From positions 1,216,001 through 1,280,000 of the forward strand of contig CBDASK010000003.1 of the NCBI GenBank assembly GCA_965199495.1: a stretch of 64,000 nucleotides of DNA, given 5' to 3'. Below, in pieces: positions 38,336-47,570 of the stretch. The position numbers and the translations under genes are program-made. The notes beneath the pieces were generated by a model. It searched no databases and was not told where the DNA came from. It saw nothing but the letters and a program-made list of their open reading frames with translations. This DNA is from Abditibacterium sp. Lineage in GTDB: Bacteria; Armatimonadota; Abditibacteriia; Abditibacteriales; Abditibacteriaceae. Within the stretch, counting starts at the first letter, position 1. Every line of letters starts with the position of its first letter.

Positions 38336-39883
38336 CTACCCGAACAGCTTGCGGTCGAACGCGCGATAATTAATCGCCTCGGCAACATGGTGCATCTCGA
38401 TATTCTCCGCCGCTTCCAAATCCGCAATCGTGCGCGAAACTTTCAATATCCGGTCGTAGCCGCGCCCCGATAGCCCGAATTGCGAAATCGCCGTCTTGAG
38501 CAAATCTTTGGTCGCGCCGTCCATCTCGCAGTGGTCGCGCAACTCCTTCGCCTTCATACGCGCGTTGCAAGTTGCCGAACTGCCCGCCATGCGCGTCGTC
38601 TGCTGCGCTCTTGCTCCACATACGCGACGCCGAACGGTCGCCGAGCTTTCGCCCGTGCGCTTGCCCATTAACTCTTCGCTCGACAGTCGCGGCACTTCGA
38701 TGTGAATGTCGATGCGGTCGAGCAATGGCCCGCTTATCCGAGATAAATAACGGCGGATTTGGGGCGCGGTGCAGGTGCAGGGTTTGTCGCCCGGTGCGCC
38801 GGTCGGTGTTCCGCCCAGCAGGAAACCGCACGGACACGGGTTCATCGCCGCGACCAACTGGAAGTGCGCCGGGAAAGTCAAAGTCTGCGCCGCGCGCGCA
38901 ATCGAAACTTGGCCGTCTTCGAGCGGTTGGCGCATGACTTCTAAAACATCACGGTGAAATTCGGGCAGTTCGTCCAAAAATAACACGCCGTTATGCGACA
39001 GCGAAATTTCGCCGGGGCGCGGATAGGAGCCACCGCCAACCAGCCCAGCGTGCGAAATCGTGTGGTGAGGCGAACGAAACGGACGCGCGCTCATCAAACT
39101 GGCGCCCGTCGGCAATAATCCGGCGACCGAATAGAGTTTCGTGACTTCGAGCGCCTCGTCAATCAACAGAGGTGGCAGAATCGTCGGCAAACGGCGCGAT
39201 AATAACGTTTTGCCGCTGCCCGGACTGCCAACCAGAAGAATATTATGACCGCCTGCCGCCGCGACTTCCATCGCGCGCTTGACGGCTTCTTGGCCTTTCA
39301 CATCGCCCCAGTCCACATCCATAACCGGCGCTTCCAAGTTCTCGTGCGAAAAATCGCTGCGCACCGGCTCGCGCGTTTCGCCCATGACCAACTTGACCGC
39401 GTCGGCCAGACTTTCGACGCCGTAAACGTCCAAACCCTCGACGACTGCCGCCTCGCGCGCGTTGGCGGCGGGCACCAATAACGCCTTTTTGCCGCAATCG
39501 CGCGCGCCAATCGCCATCGGCAAAACGCCCGAAATCGGACGCACTTCGCCGTTCAAACCCAACTCGCCAATTGCCGCGAAATCGGCCAACTTCGGCGCGA
39601 TTTGTCCGTCGCCCATTAGCACGCCCAAAGCGATGGGTAAATCAAATAATGGCCCCTGCTTTTTGGTATCGGCGGGCGCCAAATTCACCGTAATGCGGCG
39701 CGCTGGCATCGAAAAATTGGAGTTACGAATCGCCGCGCGCACGCGCTCGCCACTTTCGCGCACTGCCGCGTCGGGCAGACCAACGACCGCAAAAGCGATC
39801 ATTCCGGCTGAAACATCGACCTCGACTTGCACGCGATACGCATCCACGCCCAACACCGCGAGCGAATCAACCAGAGCTAACAT
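38336..39883 (-). CDS. comM: ComM/YifB Mg-chelatase-like AAA+ helicase
   Basis: VGLPDAAVRES, ITVNLAPAD, GSPGSGKT, RPFRSPHHT, GVLFLDELPEF, AMNPCPCG, SGPLLDRID; full length. Confidence 0.95.
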   Translation of the reverse strand: MLALVDSLAVLGVDAYRVQVEVDVSAGMIAFAVVGLPDAAVRESGERVRAAIRNSNFSMPARRITVNLAPADTKKQGPLFDLPIALGVLMGDGQIAPKLADFAAIGELGLNGEVRPISGVLPMAIGARDCGKKALLVPAANAREAAVVEGLDVYGVESLADAVKLVMGETREPVRSDFSHENLEAPVMDVDWGDVKGQEAVKRAMEVAAAGGHNILLVGSPGSGKTLLSRRLPTILPPLLIDEALEVTKLYSVAGLLPTGASLMSARPFRSPHHTISHAGLVGGGSYPRPGEISLSHNGVLFLDELPEFHRDVLEVMRQPLEDGQVSIARAAQTLTFPAHFQLVAAMNPCPCGFLLGGTPTGAPGDKPCTCTAPQIRRYLSRISGPLLDRIDIHIEVPRLSSEELMGKRTGESSATVRRRVCGARAQQTTRMAGSSATCNARMKAKELRDHCEMDGATKDLLKTAISQFGLSGRGYDRILKVSRTIADLEAAENIEMHHVAEAINYRAFDRKLFG

Positions 39884-39982
39884 AGACCAAACATTTTAGC
39901 AGGGAAAGACCGGAAGCGGCGCCCAAATTTTTCAAAGTATACCTCTTGTTTCTTAGTATTCATTCGATTAAGATATGTTGCG

Positions 39983-40318
39983 ATGAAACGCGATTTATTC
40001 AAGGGCGACCTGCCGATTTTAATTTTGGCGGTTTTGAGCGAGGCGCCGTGTCATGGCTACGCCATCGCGCGTGAAATCGAGCGGCGTAGCGGCGGCGAAT
40101 TGGGCGCCCGCGAGGGCGCGCTTTATCCGGCGCTGCGCGTGTTGGAAAGCAAAGGTTTAATCGTCGGAGCGTGGCAAGAGCAAACTGGCACGCCCGCGCG
40201 CAAAATCTACGAATTGACGCCGCTTGGCAAAAGCGAATTGGCGAAAAGCGCCGACGCGTGGCGCAGTTACGCGGCGGCGTTCGCGCAAGTTTTGGGAGGC
40301 CAAAATGAATCGGCTTAA
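39983..40318 (+). CDS. PadR-family transcriptional regulator
   Basis: ILAVL...HGYAI...EGALYPALRVLE..G.I...RKIYELT..G. Confidence 0.92.
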   Translation: MKRDLFKGDLPILILAVLSEAPCHGYAIAREIERRSGGELGAREGALYPALRVLESKGLIVGAWQEQTGTPARKIYELTPLGKSELAKSADAWRSYAAAFAQVLGGQNESA

Positions 40319-41498
40319 TCAATTTCTCTATGTCGCCGCGCGCCAGATGCGCATCATGCCCGCCGCCGTGCGCGACGACGAACTGCGCGAATTGCGCGGC
40401 CATCTGGAACAACGCGTCGAAGATTATTGCGGTCAGGGAATGTCGGATGACGCGGCGCAACTGCGGTCGCTGGAAGGTTTGGGTTCGCCGCGCAAATTGG
40501 GCGCGAAGTTGTGCGATGCGTGGGAAGGCATCGCATTCTCGTGGTGGCGGTTAATCGCGGCGATTGTGGGCGTGACGTTGTTTTTGTTTGTTGGAATAGT
40601 AGCGATAGGATTCGCATTGGCGGTCGTGCCGATGAACTCGGAAGCCGCGATCTTGCCAGAAATCGTGCCTTTGCTGTGCGCGCTTTATGTCGCGTTACCG
40701 TTGTTTTGTGGCGTGCTCTTCTCGCATTGGCTTGGGCGGCGTGGCTGTATCGTGGCGACGCTTTATTTCGCGGCGCTGACACTGGGAGATTTGACGGTGA
40801 ATTTTCCAACGCCATCGGCGGCTTTTACAACGCCGCCATCGAGTTTCGTGGGAATCGTTCATGCGGCGTGGTTCAACTATTTTTGGACCGTGCTGGCTTT
40901 TGCTGGCTCGTGGATGGAACATCTTTGGCGCATAAAAAAACGCCATCAATTGGCTCTCATTGGCGGACGTGTGTTGCAGACATCGCGATTTTTGGTTGTG
41001 CCAATGAATTTCGACTGGTGGCGCAACGCTATATTAGCGACTCTTATTTTCGGCTCACTTTACGCCGTGGGTGTGTGGACACGTTTTCATCCGCAGACGC
41101 CCGAAGCGACGTTACGCAACTATTTGGTTTTGAATCGCCAGATGAACATGGGCGATTTCGAGCCACCCCAAATATTAGCAACGCGCGAACTGCCCGCGCA
41201 ATCGTCCGCTGAAATCGCGGGCACGCAAAGACGCGTCTGGTTCAAAATCGAGGAGCGTGTGACGCCGAATTACAAGGCTCGTCGTGTCGCTTTTTTGCAG
41301 CAGCTACTCGACGGCCCGAAACAACAAAGACCGTTTGAGGACGAAACACTGAATCGTTCGTTGGCGCGTTTACAGCGCAATCGTCAGATCACTCAAGGCG
41401 TAGCAACTTTGGTCAAAACTCCCAAAGGTTGGAAAGTTGATGCGAAAAACGCGCCGTCACTGGGCGATTGGGCCTACGATTTGGCTTCCGACAGTTGA
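40305..41498 (+). CDS. Membrane protein with N-terminal permease-prefix/HAAS-type domain (PadR partner)
   Basis: ELRELRGHLEQ...G...A......LGSP.KLG followed by several TM helices; GGAGG RBS before ATG 40305. Confidence 0.75.
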   Translation: MNRLNQFLYVAARQMRIMPAAVRDDELRELRGHLEQRVEDYCGQGMSDDAAQLRSLEGLGSPRKLGAKLCDAWEGIAFSWWRLIAAIVGVTLFLFVGIVAIGFALAVVPMNSEAAILPEIVPLLCALYVALPLFCGVLFSHWLGRRGCIVATLYFAALTLGDLTVNFPTPSAAFTTPPSSFVGIVHAAWFNYFWTVLAFAGSWMEHLWRIKKRHQLALIGGRVLQTSRFLVVPMNFDWWRNAILATLIFGSLYAVGVWTRFHPQTPEATLRNYLVLNRQMNMGDFEPPQILATRELPAQSSAEIAGTQRRVWFKIEERVTPNYKARRVAFLQQLLDGPKQQRPFEDETLNRSLARLQRNRQITQGVATLVKTPKGWKVDAKNAPSLGDWAYDLASDS

Positions 41499-41896
41499 AA
41501 ACGCCCGCACCAATCGCCGCCCGCCACGATGCAGCCACGCCGCGCGACAGCTTCGCGCCCGAAGTAAACCCACGCTTCGATTGGTTCCTCTCCAACCGAA
41601 ACGAAACGGCGCAAACGCCGGTAAAGCACGTCGGGATTTTCGGGATTGTTGCCGTCCACGCTTTCCAATCGGTCGAGCGATTTTAAAATCGCGTCATATT
41701 TCGCGGTTTCGATTTCGACGAGTTCGCCCCAAACTTCGCCGTTATCGCTTTCAATAATCATCGGATATGGCCCCAAATCGAACATTTGCGCGCCGCACAA
41801 TTTCGCATCACGCGAACGCGCGATGGCGCCGCGCAGCAAAGTCGCGTTGGATTCTCCGGCGCGCAGGGTGCCGTAAACGAAAAAAGGCAATTGCAT
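41474..41896 (-). CDS. Gamma-glutamylcyclotransferase (AIG2/GGACT) family protein
   Basis: FFVYGTLR.GE.N, LDRLE, YRR, AWVY. Confidence 0.9.
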   Translation of the reverse strand: MQLPFFVYGTLRAGESNATLLRGAIARSRDAKLCGAQMFDLGPYPMIIESDNGEVWGELVEIETAKYDAILKSLDRLESVDGNNPENPDVLYRRLRRFVSVGEEPIEAWVYFGREAVARRGCIVAGGDWCGRFQLSEAKS

Positions 41897-41906
41897 CGTT
41901 TTGGGT

Positions 41907-41997
41907 GACGCCGATTTATCGCGTCTAAAACGTCAAATTCGCCGTTACTTGAAAGCAATTCCAACTTTTTAAGACGCGATAAATCGGCGTCTCCACG
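41907..41997. repeat. REPIN-like element (inverted REP pair)
   Basis: GACGCCGATTTATCGCGTCT...AGACGCGATAAATCGGCGTCTCCAC; same family as 52918 and 62201. Confidence 0.8.
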
Positions 41998-42000
41998 AAA

Positions 42001-42408
42001 TTAAAAGCGCGCAGTTTGGCTCTCTTGAAACGGAAACGCGTTTTCCAGCCATGCCACACGCGGCTTGGTTTGCTTATCGGGCGCAAGCCAAACTTCGATG
42101 ATGTCGAAGCGAATTGTCGTTTCGCTTAACTCGAATTCCATCGTGTAAGCCGTGGCCAAACGGCAAATTTGGCGCTGCTTGGCGGGCGTGACGGCTTCTT
42201 GTGGTTCGCCGTGGCTGCTGTTGGCGCGCGTCTTGACTTCGACAAAACAAATCGTATCGCCGAATTGAACGATTAAATCAATTTCGCCGCGCACGCTTTT
42301 GAGCGAACTGCGCCAGTTTTTATGTAATAATTTGGCGCCACGCGAAACCAAAAACGCGGCGGCGATAGTTTCGCCGTCGCGTCCGGTGATGTGTCTGGGA
42401 TCGGTCAA
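42001..42408 (-). CDS. yraN: YraN-family PD-(D/E)XK nuclease
   Basis: G..GE..AA.FL, NWR, GEIDLI, FVEVKTR, EAVTPAKQ, RFDIIEV. Confidence 0.92.
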   Translation of the reverse strand: MTDPRHITGRDGETIAAAFLVSRGAKLLHKNWRSSLKSVRGEIDLIVQFGDTICFVEVKTRANSSHGEPQEAVTPAKQRQICRLATAYTMEFELSETTIRFDIIEVWLAPDKQTKPRVAWLENAFPFQESQTARF

Positions 42409-42422
42409 AAGTTGAACTCGGA

Positions 42423-43331
42423 TTAGCCACTACTCGTGCCCGAAGGACTGGGAGACGTGCCCGAAGGGCTGGGAGATGTGCCCGAAGGGCCGGGAAACGT
42501 GCCCGAAGGGCTGGGAGCGCCGGGCGCTCCCGGTGCGATCAGAGCGGGTGGTGGCGCATCGCCGGGTTTGGGCAATTGCAAACCGACGCTCGATTTGGTG
42601 CCCGTGCCACGCGAAGGCAACTTCACGCGTTGCTGCAAACGCCGAAAAGTATCGGTTTGCCACAGATGCGAATTGTTTTCGCGCGCAAACGTCTCGTCAT
42701 AGAGCCACTGCGTCTGGTCGAACGAAGTCGGCGAATATAAATCCACAACCGCGTAACCCGAAAGCACCAGCAGACGGTTCAGCGACATTCGCTGGCCGGT
42801 AAAGGGTGCATCGCGCGCGGTGAAAAACACTTCGACGCGGCGTTTGTTGTCGGTATCCGTTGGAAAAACCGGATCGATGTCCACATCCACATCCTGCCCG
42901 GCGATCCATTTTTGAATCGCCGAAATGGCCTCCTGCGCGCCGGTCTGGTTGCCCGTTGGCACCAGAATGCCCGCCAGACGCACCGGGTTGAGCGTATCGG
43001 CGGCGCCCAAAACCACTTGCGGTTTGCCAGCGGGATTTGCGCCGGGAACCTTTTTCACGCTCTGCAAAACCAACTCTTGGCCCGACGCGATCAGAGCCAC
43101 CCGAAACGAATCGGGCAACGCCGGGTTGATTGTCCCGCCTTCCTGATTGTTGAGCGCGGTGCCTTTGGGCGAGCCTTCGGCGGGATCGAACTGCACGCCG
43201 TGAGGCGTGGGAACCGGCGTCGGCGTCGGCTCCGGTTCGGGCGCCTTGATGAAAACACAGCCGCCCAAAACGGGCACGACGGAAAGCGCCAGCAGAGGCG
43301 TGAAGCGCGAGAAAAGACGGATGGATTTCAT
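42423..43331 (-). CDS. Lipoprotein with thermonuclease (SNase)-like domain and Pro/Ser/Gly tail
   Basis: Signal peptide with VLGGC; VRLAGI, SLNRLLVLSGYA, E..ARE...LW; catalytic motifs eroded. Confidence 0.65.
   Translation of the reverse strand: MKSIRLFSRFTPLLALSVVPVLGGCVFIKAPEPEPTPTPVPTPHGVQFDPAEGSPKGTALNNQEGGTINPALPDSFRVALIASGQELVLQSVKKVPGANPAGKPQVVLGAADTLNPVRLAGILVPTGNQTGAQEAISAIQKWIAGQDVDVDIDPVFPTDTDNKRRVEVFFTARDAPFTGQRMSLNRLLVLSGYAVVDLYSPTSFDQTQWLYDETFARENNSHLWQTDTFRRLQQRVKLPSRGTGTKSSVGLQLPKPGDAPPPALIAPGAPGAPSPSGTFPGPSGTSPSPSGTSPSPSGTSSG
42436..42519. repeat. Four 21-bp tandem coding repeats (PSGTSPS)
   Basis: GTGCCCGAAGGRCYGGGARNN units starting at 42436, 42457, 42478 and 42499. Confidence 0.9.
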
Positions 43332-43386
43332 GGGCCGAAAATTTTAAAATCAGAGTTTAAATCGGTGAGGCAGTGCAAACAACTAT

Positions 43387-43485
43387 ATCAGATTTCAGGA
43401 ACAGATGTCGGATAGGGTTGGAAGAAAGTTAAATGGAAATGAACTCTCTTTAACCTTATCCAAAATCTGGTCTCTGAAATCTGAT
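43387..43485. repeat. Heptamer-based imperfect inverted repeat element
   Basis: ATCAGATTTCAGGAACAGATGTCGGATAGGGTT ... AACCTTATCCAAAATCTGGTCTCTGAAATCTGAT; related TCRGATN heptamers at 44224-44244 and 49973-50091. Confidence 0.65.
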
Positions 43486-44220
43486 TCATCCTTCGACCAG
43501 CAATTCGCTGGCGTTTTTGAACGAGAAGCGCTCTTGTTGCGCGGCGGTTATGGCGCTGTCGCGCGCCATGCCCAGCGCGGCGACGGGACTAAAACGGCCC
43601 CAGCCCGAACTCCACGCCACGCGGCGCTCGCCCAGAGTTTGCATCGCGCTGGCGATCACGTCGCGTTCGGTAAAGGAGACAACCGGCACGAAAACCGTAT
43701 TGACGACTTCCTTAATCGCGACCGCCGCCATGCGCGTCAGTTCGACGGTTTGCGGGGCAATCGCGAATTTGAGCGCGCTAAATTCGCGCGCCGCCGCCAC
43801 TGCCGCTTCCAAGTTGGCGGGCGTCGTGGCTGTGAGCATCACCGGGCGCGAATAGCGGCGCAGCGCGTTCAAAACGTCGCGCCCGCCCTGACTGGTGATG
43901 AGGTCGGCGTCGGTTTTCTGCTCGATTAAAGTGCCACAAAAGCGTGGCTTGACCAGATACAAACGCGCCAACTCACCCGACAAATCGGGGCGATGAATCG
44001 AGGCAGTCATCCACGCGCGAAAGCGTTTGTCGCCGCGCGTGTGTTCGGCCAAATAGGAGTTGCCGCCGACCAGATCGAACGAGGCGAAAGGCGCTGAAAA
44101 ACAGAGCGCCTCGAATTGGCCCTGCTCGGCGTAGGCGCGGGCAGCAGCCACGTCGGGCGCGTCCAGAGCGCGGGTGTCGGGCGTTGTGCCCAGATAACAG
44201 TGAAGGTCAATGCGAGCCAT
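43486..44220 (-). CDS. Amidohydrolase_2-like TIM-barrel protein
   Basis: IDLHCYLG N-terminus; GERRVAWSSGW and NASELL C-terminal pattern. Confidence 0.7.
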   Translation of the reverse strand: MARIDLHCYLGTTPDTRALDAPDVAAARAYAEQGQFEALCFSAPFASFDLVGGNSYLAEHTRGDKRFRAWMTASIHRPDLSGELARLYLVKPRFCGTLIEQKTDADLITSQGGRDVLNALRRYSRPVMLTATTPANLEAAVAAAREFSALKFAIAPQTVELTRMAAVAIKEVVNTVFVPVVSFTERDVIASAMQTLGERRVAWSSGWGRFSPVAALGMARDSAITAAQQERFSFKNASELLVEG

Positions 44221-44248
44221 AATTCAGATGTCGGATTTCGGATACGGT

Positions 44249-44980
44249 TTATTCGCCGATTAATCTATTTAAGTTGCCGCCGACGATGGCGGCTTTTTGT
44301 TCGTTGCCGATGCCCGATCCGCGCACCACGTTGAGAGAGGCGGCGCTGTAACGGAGCGGCGAATACGAGGCGTAAATCAGGCGATTGGCGCCGTCGGGAA
44401 CGTGAGTGGCCACGGCTTCGAGCGCGCCGGGCGCGAGCAAATTGGTGGTTTCGAGGTGAAACTTGGGCGAAGAACGCAAAACCGCGATGGCCTCGCCTAT
44501 ATTGGAACTGTCAACGCCCGCCAACAAAAGCGGCGCCTGCGTGAAAGCCACGGCGTCGGCGAGTTCGGTCGCCTCGCCGGGATGGGTGCATTCGACGGCC
44601 ACGGGAATATGCAGTTCGTCGCACTTTTGCAGCAGTTCGCGAAATGGCGCGAAGTGAATCGGCCAGCCCTGACGCGTCGGGTAAAACCGGATCATCTTGA
44701 ATCCCCGATGGGCGCAATTCTCGGCCTCTTCGAGACAGTGCGGATAAGCGCGCGGGTCGAGCGTGGCGACCGGCATCAGTTGCGAATGTTCGGCGCACGC
44801 TTCGAGCGTGGCGGCGTTGCCCTCGCGATAATCGTAGGTGATGCCCGTCGTGCAAAGCGCGAGGGCGCGCTCGATTTTGTTGGCGGTCATCGCCTTGAGA
44901 ACTTCCTGAATTTGCAGGTCTTCGTGATGCGGCCACGGGCCAAAAAGCGCGCAGGCGTCGAAAAATTGGATGGCAGCCAT
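44249..44980 (-). CDS. Amidohydrolase_2-like TIM-barrel protein
   Basis: FFDACALFGPWP, GFKMIRFYP..QGW, NRLIYASYSP, IVGGNL.RL; ATG at 44980. Confidence 0.75.
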   Translation of the reverse strand: MAAIQFFDACALFGPWPHHEDLQIQEVLKAMTANKIERALALCTTGITYDYREGNAATLEACAEHSQLMPVATLDPRAYPHCLEEAENCAHRGFKMIRFYPTRQGWPIHFAPFRELLQKCDELHIPVAVECTHPGEATELADAVAFTQAPLLLAGVDSSNIGEAIAVLRSSPKFHLETTNLLAPGALEAVATHVPDGANRLIYASYSPLRYSAASLNVVRGSGIGNEQKAAIVGGNLNRLIGE

Positions 44981-45035
44981 TGGAGAAAGGTAACGCAATT
45001 TTAAGCGATTTTGCCTGCGAGCGCTACTTTTGGAC

Positions 45036-45118
45036 AAGGATACAGGCTGAAGGCCGAAGGATAAAACTACGCATCGCTCAATTTCACCTTTATCCTTGCG
45101 CCTTTATGTTTTATCCTT
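45036..45118. repeat. Heptamer-array inverted element
   Basis: AAGGATA CAGGCTG AAGGCCG AAGGATA ... TATCCTT GCGCCTT TATGTTT TATCCTT. Confidence 0.6.
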
Positions 45119-45123
45119 TTCCC

Positions 45124-46659
45124 ATGTCACTTGCCACGCGCCCTTATCTCATTGAGGAATATACCACGACCGTTTGCCCGCACTGTTTCGCCGACGGGCC
45201 GCTCCGCAGCGACGGCGATGTTTGGCGCGATGGAATGCTCGTCGCGCAGGACGGCCAAATCTGGATGCGCCGGTTTTGCGCGCAACACGGCGAAACCGCG
45301 TCGCTTTATGAAGAAGATGCCGAAATCTGGCGCGCGCGCCGTGGCTGGAGTGCAGCCACGTCCACCGTCACGCCCGACCGCGCCGACAATTTCCGGGGTT
45401 TTCCCGATGGCTATCGCGACGGTTTGCCCGCTTCGCACGGCCAGCACACCTGCATTTTGCTGCTCAATATCACGCAGCGTTGCAATTATTCGTGCCCGAC
45501 TTGCTACGCCGATGCGCTCAAGCCAGGCACGGCGAAAAACTCGCCCGAATTGCCGACATTGGACGAACTCGATCACACGATTGACACGATGCTGGAACGC
45601 GAAGGCGGCAGGTTGGGTGTGCTGATGCTTTCGGGCGGCGAGCCGACTTTGCGCGACGATTTGGAACAGATTATCGAACGCGCGCTCTCCAAAAATATTA
45701 CGCGTGTTTTGATTAACACCAACGGACGCCGCATCGCGCGCGACGCGAAATTTGTCACAATGCTCGAACGGTTTCGTGACCGCATCGAGATTTATTTGCA
45801 GTGGGACGGGCCAAACGGCGACGCCGCGCTGCACCATCGCGGCGAAGATGTGCGCGACGAAAAAACGCGCGCGTTGAAAGCGATTGGCGACGCGCGATTG
45901 TGGTCAACACTGGTGATGACCGTGGCGCGCGGCGTCAACGATGGCGATGTCGGCGCGGTGTTGCAGTTGGGTTTGAACACGCCGCGATGCAGCGGCATGG
46001 CGATTCAGCCGATGTTCGGTTCGGGCCGCAACGCCGGTTTCGATCCGAATAATCGCGTGACGCCGACCGGCATTACGCGCCGCATGGGCGAGCAAACCGG
46101 CGGTTTGGTAACGTGGGAAGATTTTCTGCCGTTGCCCTGTTCGCACCGCGATTGCTGCGATATTTCGTATTTGCTCCAGACGCGCGACGGAAGTTGGAAA
46201 AGTTTGCCCCGTTTAATCGGGCGCGATGAACTGCAAAAATGGCTGCATTTGGTTTCCAACACGATTTCGTTCGAGTCGGTTTCGAGCGGCGTGGCTGATA
46301 TGCTCAAAAGCGGCGCGATTGCGCGCGTGTTTTCCGAAAGCGGCAAAGTTTCGGGCCAGCAAATCGTCGCCGATATTTCCAATATGTGCGGCTGCGTCGC
46401 CGGTCTGCCCGAAATTCTGGGCGCGATCTGGAATCGCGAAAAAGCGTTGGATAAAATGGCCGAGAAAACCTTTCGCGTCACGGTCAAACAGTTCATGGAC
46501 GCGCACACTTTCCACGAAGCGCGATTGCGCCAATGCTGCGTTCACACCGGCACGTTTGAGGAAGACCCGAAACGTTATTCGTTTTGCTGGCGCTATCTGT
46601 TCGACGACGCCGACGATTTTCCGGCGCGCGAAAACGTGATTAGTCTGGAGGCGGTTTAA
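45124..46659 (+). CDS. Radical SAM enzyme, Tes/GDGT-MAS (MJ0619)-like family
   Basis: N-terminal CPHC...FCAQHG rubredoxin-like site; CNYSCPTC; LSGGEPT; PLPCSHRDCC; C-terminal FMDAHTF...RLRQCCVH...SFC. Confidence 0.85.
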   Translation: MSLATRPYLIEEYTTTVCPHCFADGPLRSDGDVWRDGMLVAQDGQIWMRRFCAQHGETASLYEEDAEIWRARRGWSAATSTVTPDRADNFRGFPDGYRDGLPASHGQHTCILLLNITQRCNYSCPTCYADALKPGTAKNSPELPTLDELDHTIDTMLEREGGRLGVLMLSGGEPTLRDDLEQIIERALSKNITRVLINTNGRRIARDAKFVTMLERFRDRIEIYLQWDGPNGDAALHHRGEDVRDEKTRALKAIGDARLWSTLVMTVARGVNDGDVGAVLQLGLNTPRCSGMAIQPMFGSGRNAGFDPNNRVTPTGITRRMGEQTGGLVTWEDFLPLPCSHRDCCDISYLLQTRDGSWKSLPRLIGRDELQKWLHLVSNTISFESVSSGVADMLKSGAIARVFSESGKVSGQQIVADISNMCGCVAGLPEILGAIWNREKALDKMAEKTFRVTVKQFMDAHTFHEARLRQCCVHTGTFEEDPKRYSFCWRYLFDDADDFPARENVISLEAV

Positions 46660-46674
46660 AAGTTTGCGGAAGGG

Positions 46675-46829
46675 TGGCCCCCTCCCCAACCCTCCCCCGT
46701 TCCGGGAGAGGGGGCACTCGCTTGAAATTTTGACTTGCAAGAACTAACTTGTACGCGAGTTAATGCGGCTTATAAATTTCAAGCGAGTGCCCCCTCTCAC
46801 GGAACGGGGGAGGGTTGGGGAGGGGGCCA
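46675..46829. repeat. C/G-run-rich long inverted repeat (MITE-like)
   Basis: 56-bp arms 46675-46730 and 46774-46829 with 1 mismatch (TGGCCCCCTCCCCAACCCTCCCCCG...). Confidence 0.9.
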
Positions 46830-46862
46830 AAAGTTCTTCTGAACTCAAGCATCCAAAACACC

Positions 46863-47570
46863 ATGACTTTAGGCGAATTTTTCACTCTCCTCGGCTTTCT
46901 CACTGGCGCGCTCACGCTTTATTTGTGGTCGCGCGCGCAAAAACTCGACACGCAGGGCATGAAATATGTCGCGCTGGCGGGCATCTGCGGCGGCGTGGCT
47001 GGTGCCAAGATCACGCAATGGATCATCGGCGAAGGCGGCGGTTTGACGAAGGCGATTCTCGATCCGCATAACGGCGGTAAATCGCTCATCGGCGGTTTGG
47101 TTTGTGGTTGGCTCGCCGTCGAAATTGCCAAACGCGTGTTGGGCATCAAACGTTCGACGGGCGATGGTTGGGCGTTGGCGCTTCCGGCGGGCGAGGCGAT
47201 TGGGCGCATCGGTTGTTACTTCAACGGTTGCTGCTACGGCACCAAGTGCGACGCGAGTTGGGCGATTTATCAGCACGGCGCGTGGCGCCATCCGACGCAA
47301 CTTTATTCGAGCGCGGCGGCAGCTTTAATTTTCGCCGTAATCTGGTTTTCGCGCGGCCAACTCAAGCGCGAGGGCGACGGTTTCAAGTTGTATTTGCTGC
47401 TTTACGGCGCCTCGCGCTTTGTCATCGAGTTCGCGCGCGACCGCTCGGTGGTGTGGAACAATTTGTCGTTGGTTCAAATTATCTGTCTCGAAACCGCGAT
47501 TGTCGCGGCGGTGTTGCTGGCGTGGAACAGTTGGAAAGCGCGCCCAAAACAAACGGAGCGAATCGCATGA
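46863..47570 (+). CDS. Prolipoprotein diacylglyceryl transferase (Lgt)-like membrane protein, atypical
   Basis: GGKSLIGGL, AIGRIGCYFNGCCYG, RHPTQLY, YGASRFVIEF; multiple TM helices. Confidence 0.85.
   Translation: MTLGEFFTLLGFLTGALTLYLWSRAQKLDTQGMKYVALAGICGGVAGAKITQWIIGEGGGLTKAILDPHNGGKSLIGGLVCGWLAVEIAKRVLGIKRSTGDGWALALPAGEAIGRIGCYFNGCCYGTKCDASWAIYQHGAWRHPTQLYSSAAAALIFAVIWFSRGQLKREGDGFKLYLLLYGASRFVIEFARDRSVVWNNLSLVQIICLETAIVAAVLLAWNSWKARPKQTERIA

Noticed and set aside
42436..42519. Regular repeats resembling a CRISPR array
   Set aside because: These are contiguous 21-bp in-frame coding repeats with no spacers, and there are no cas genes in the window.
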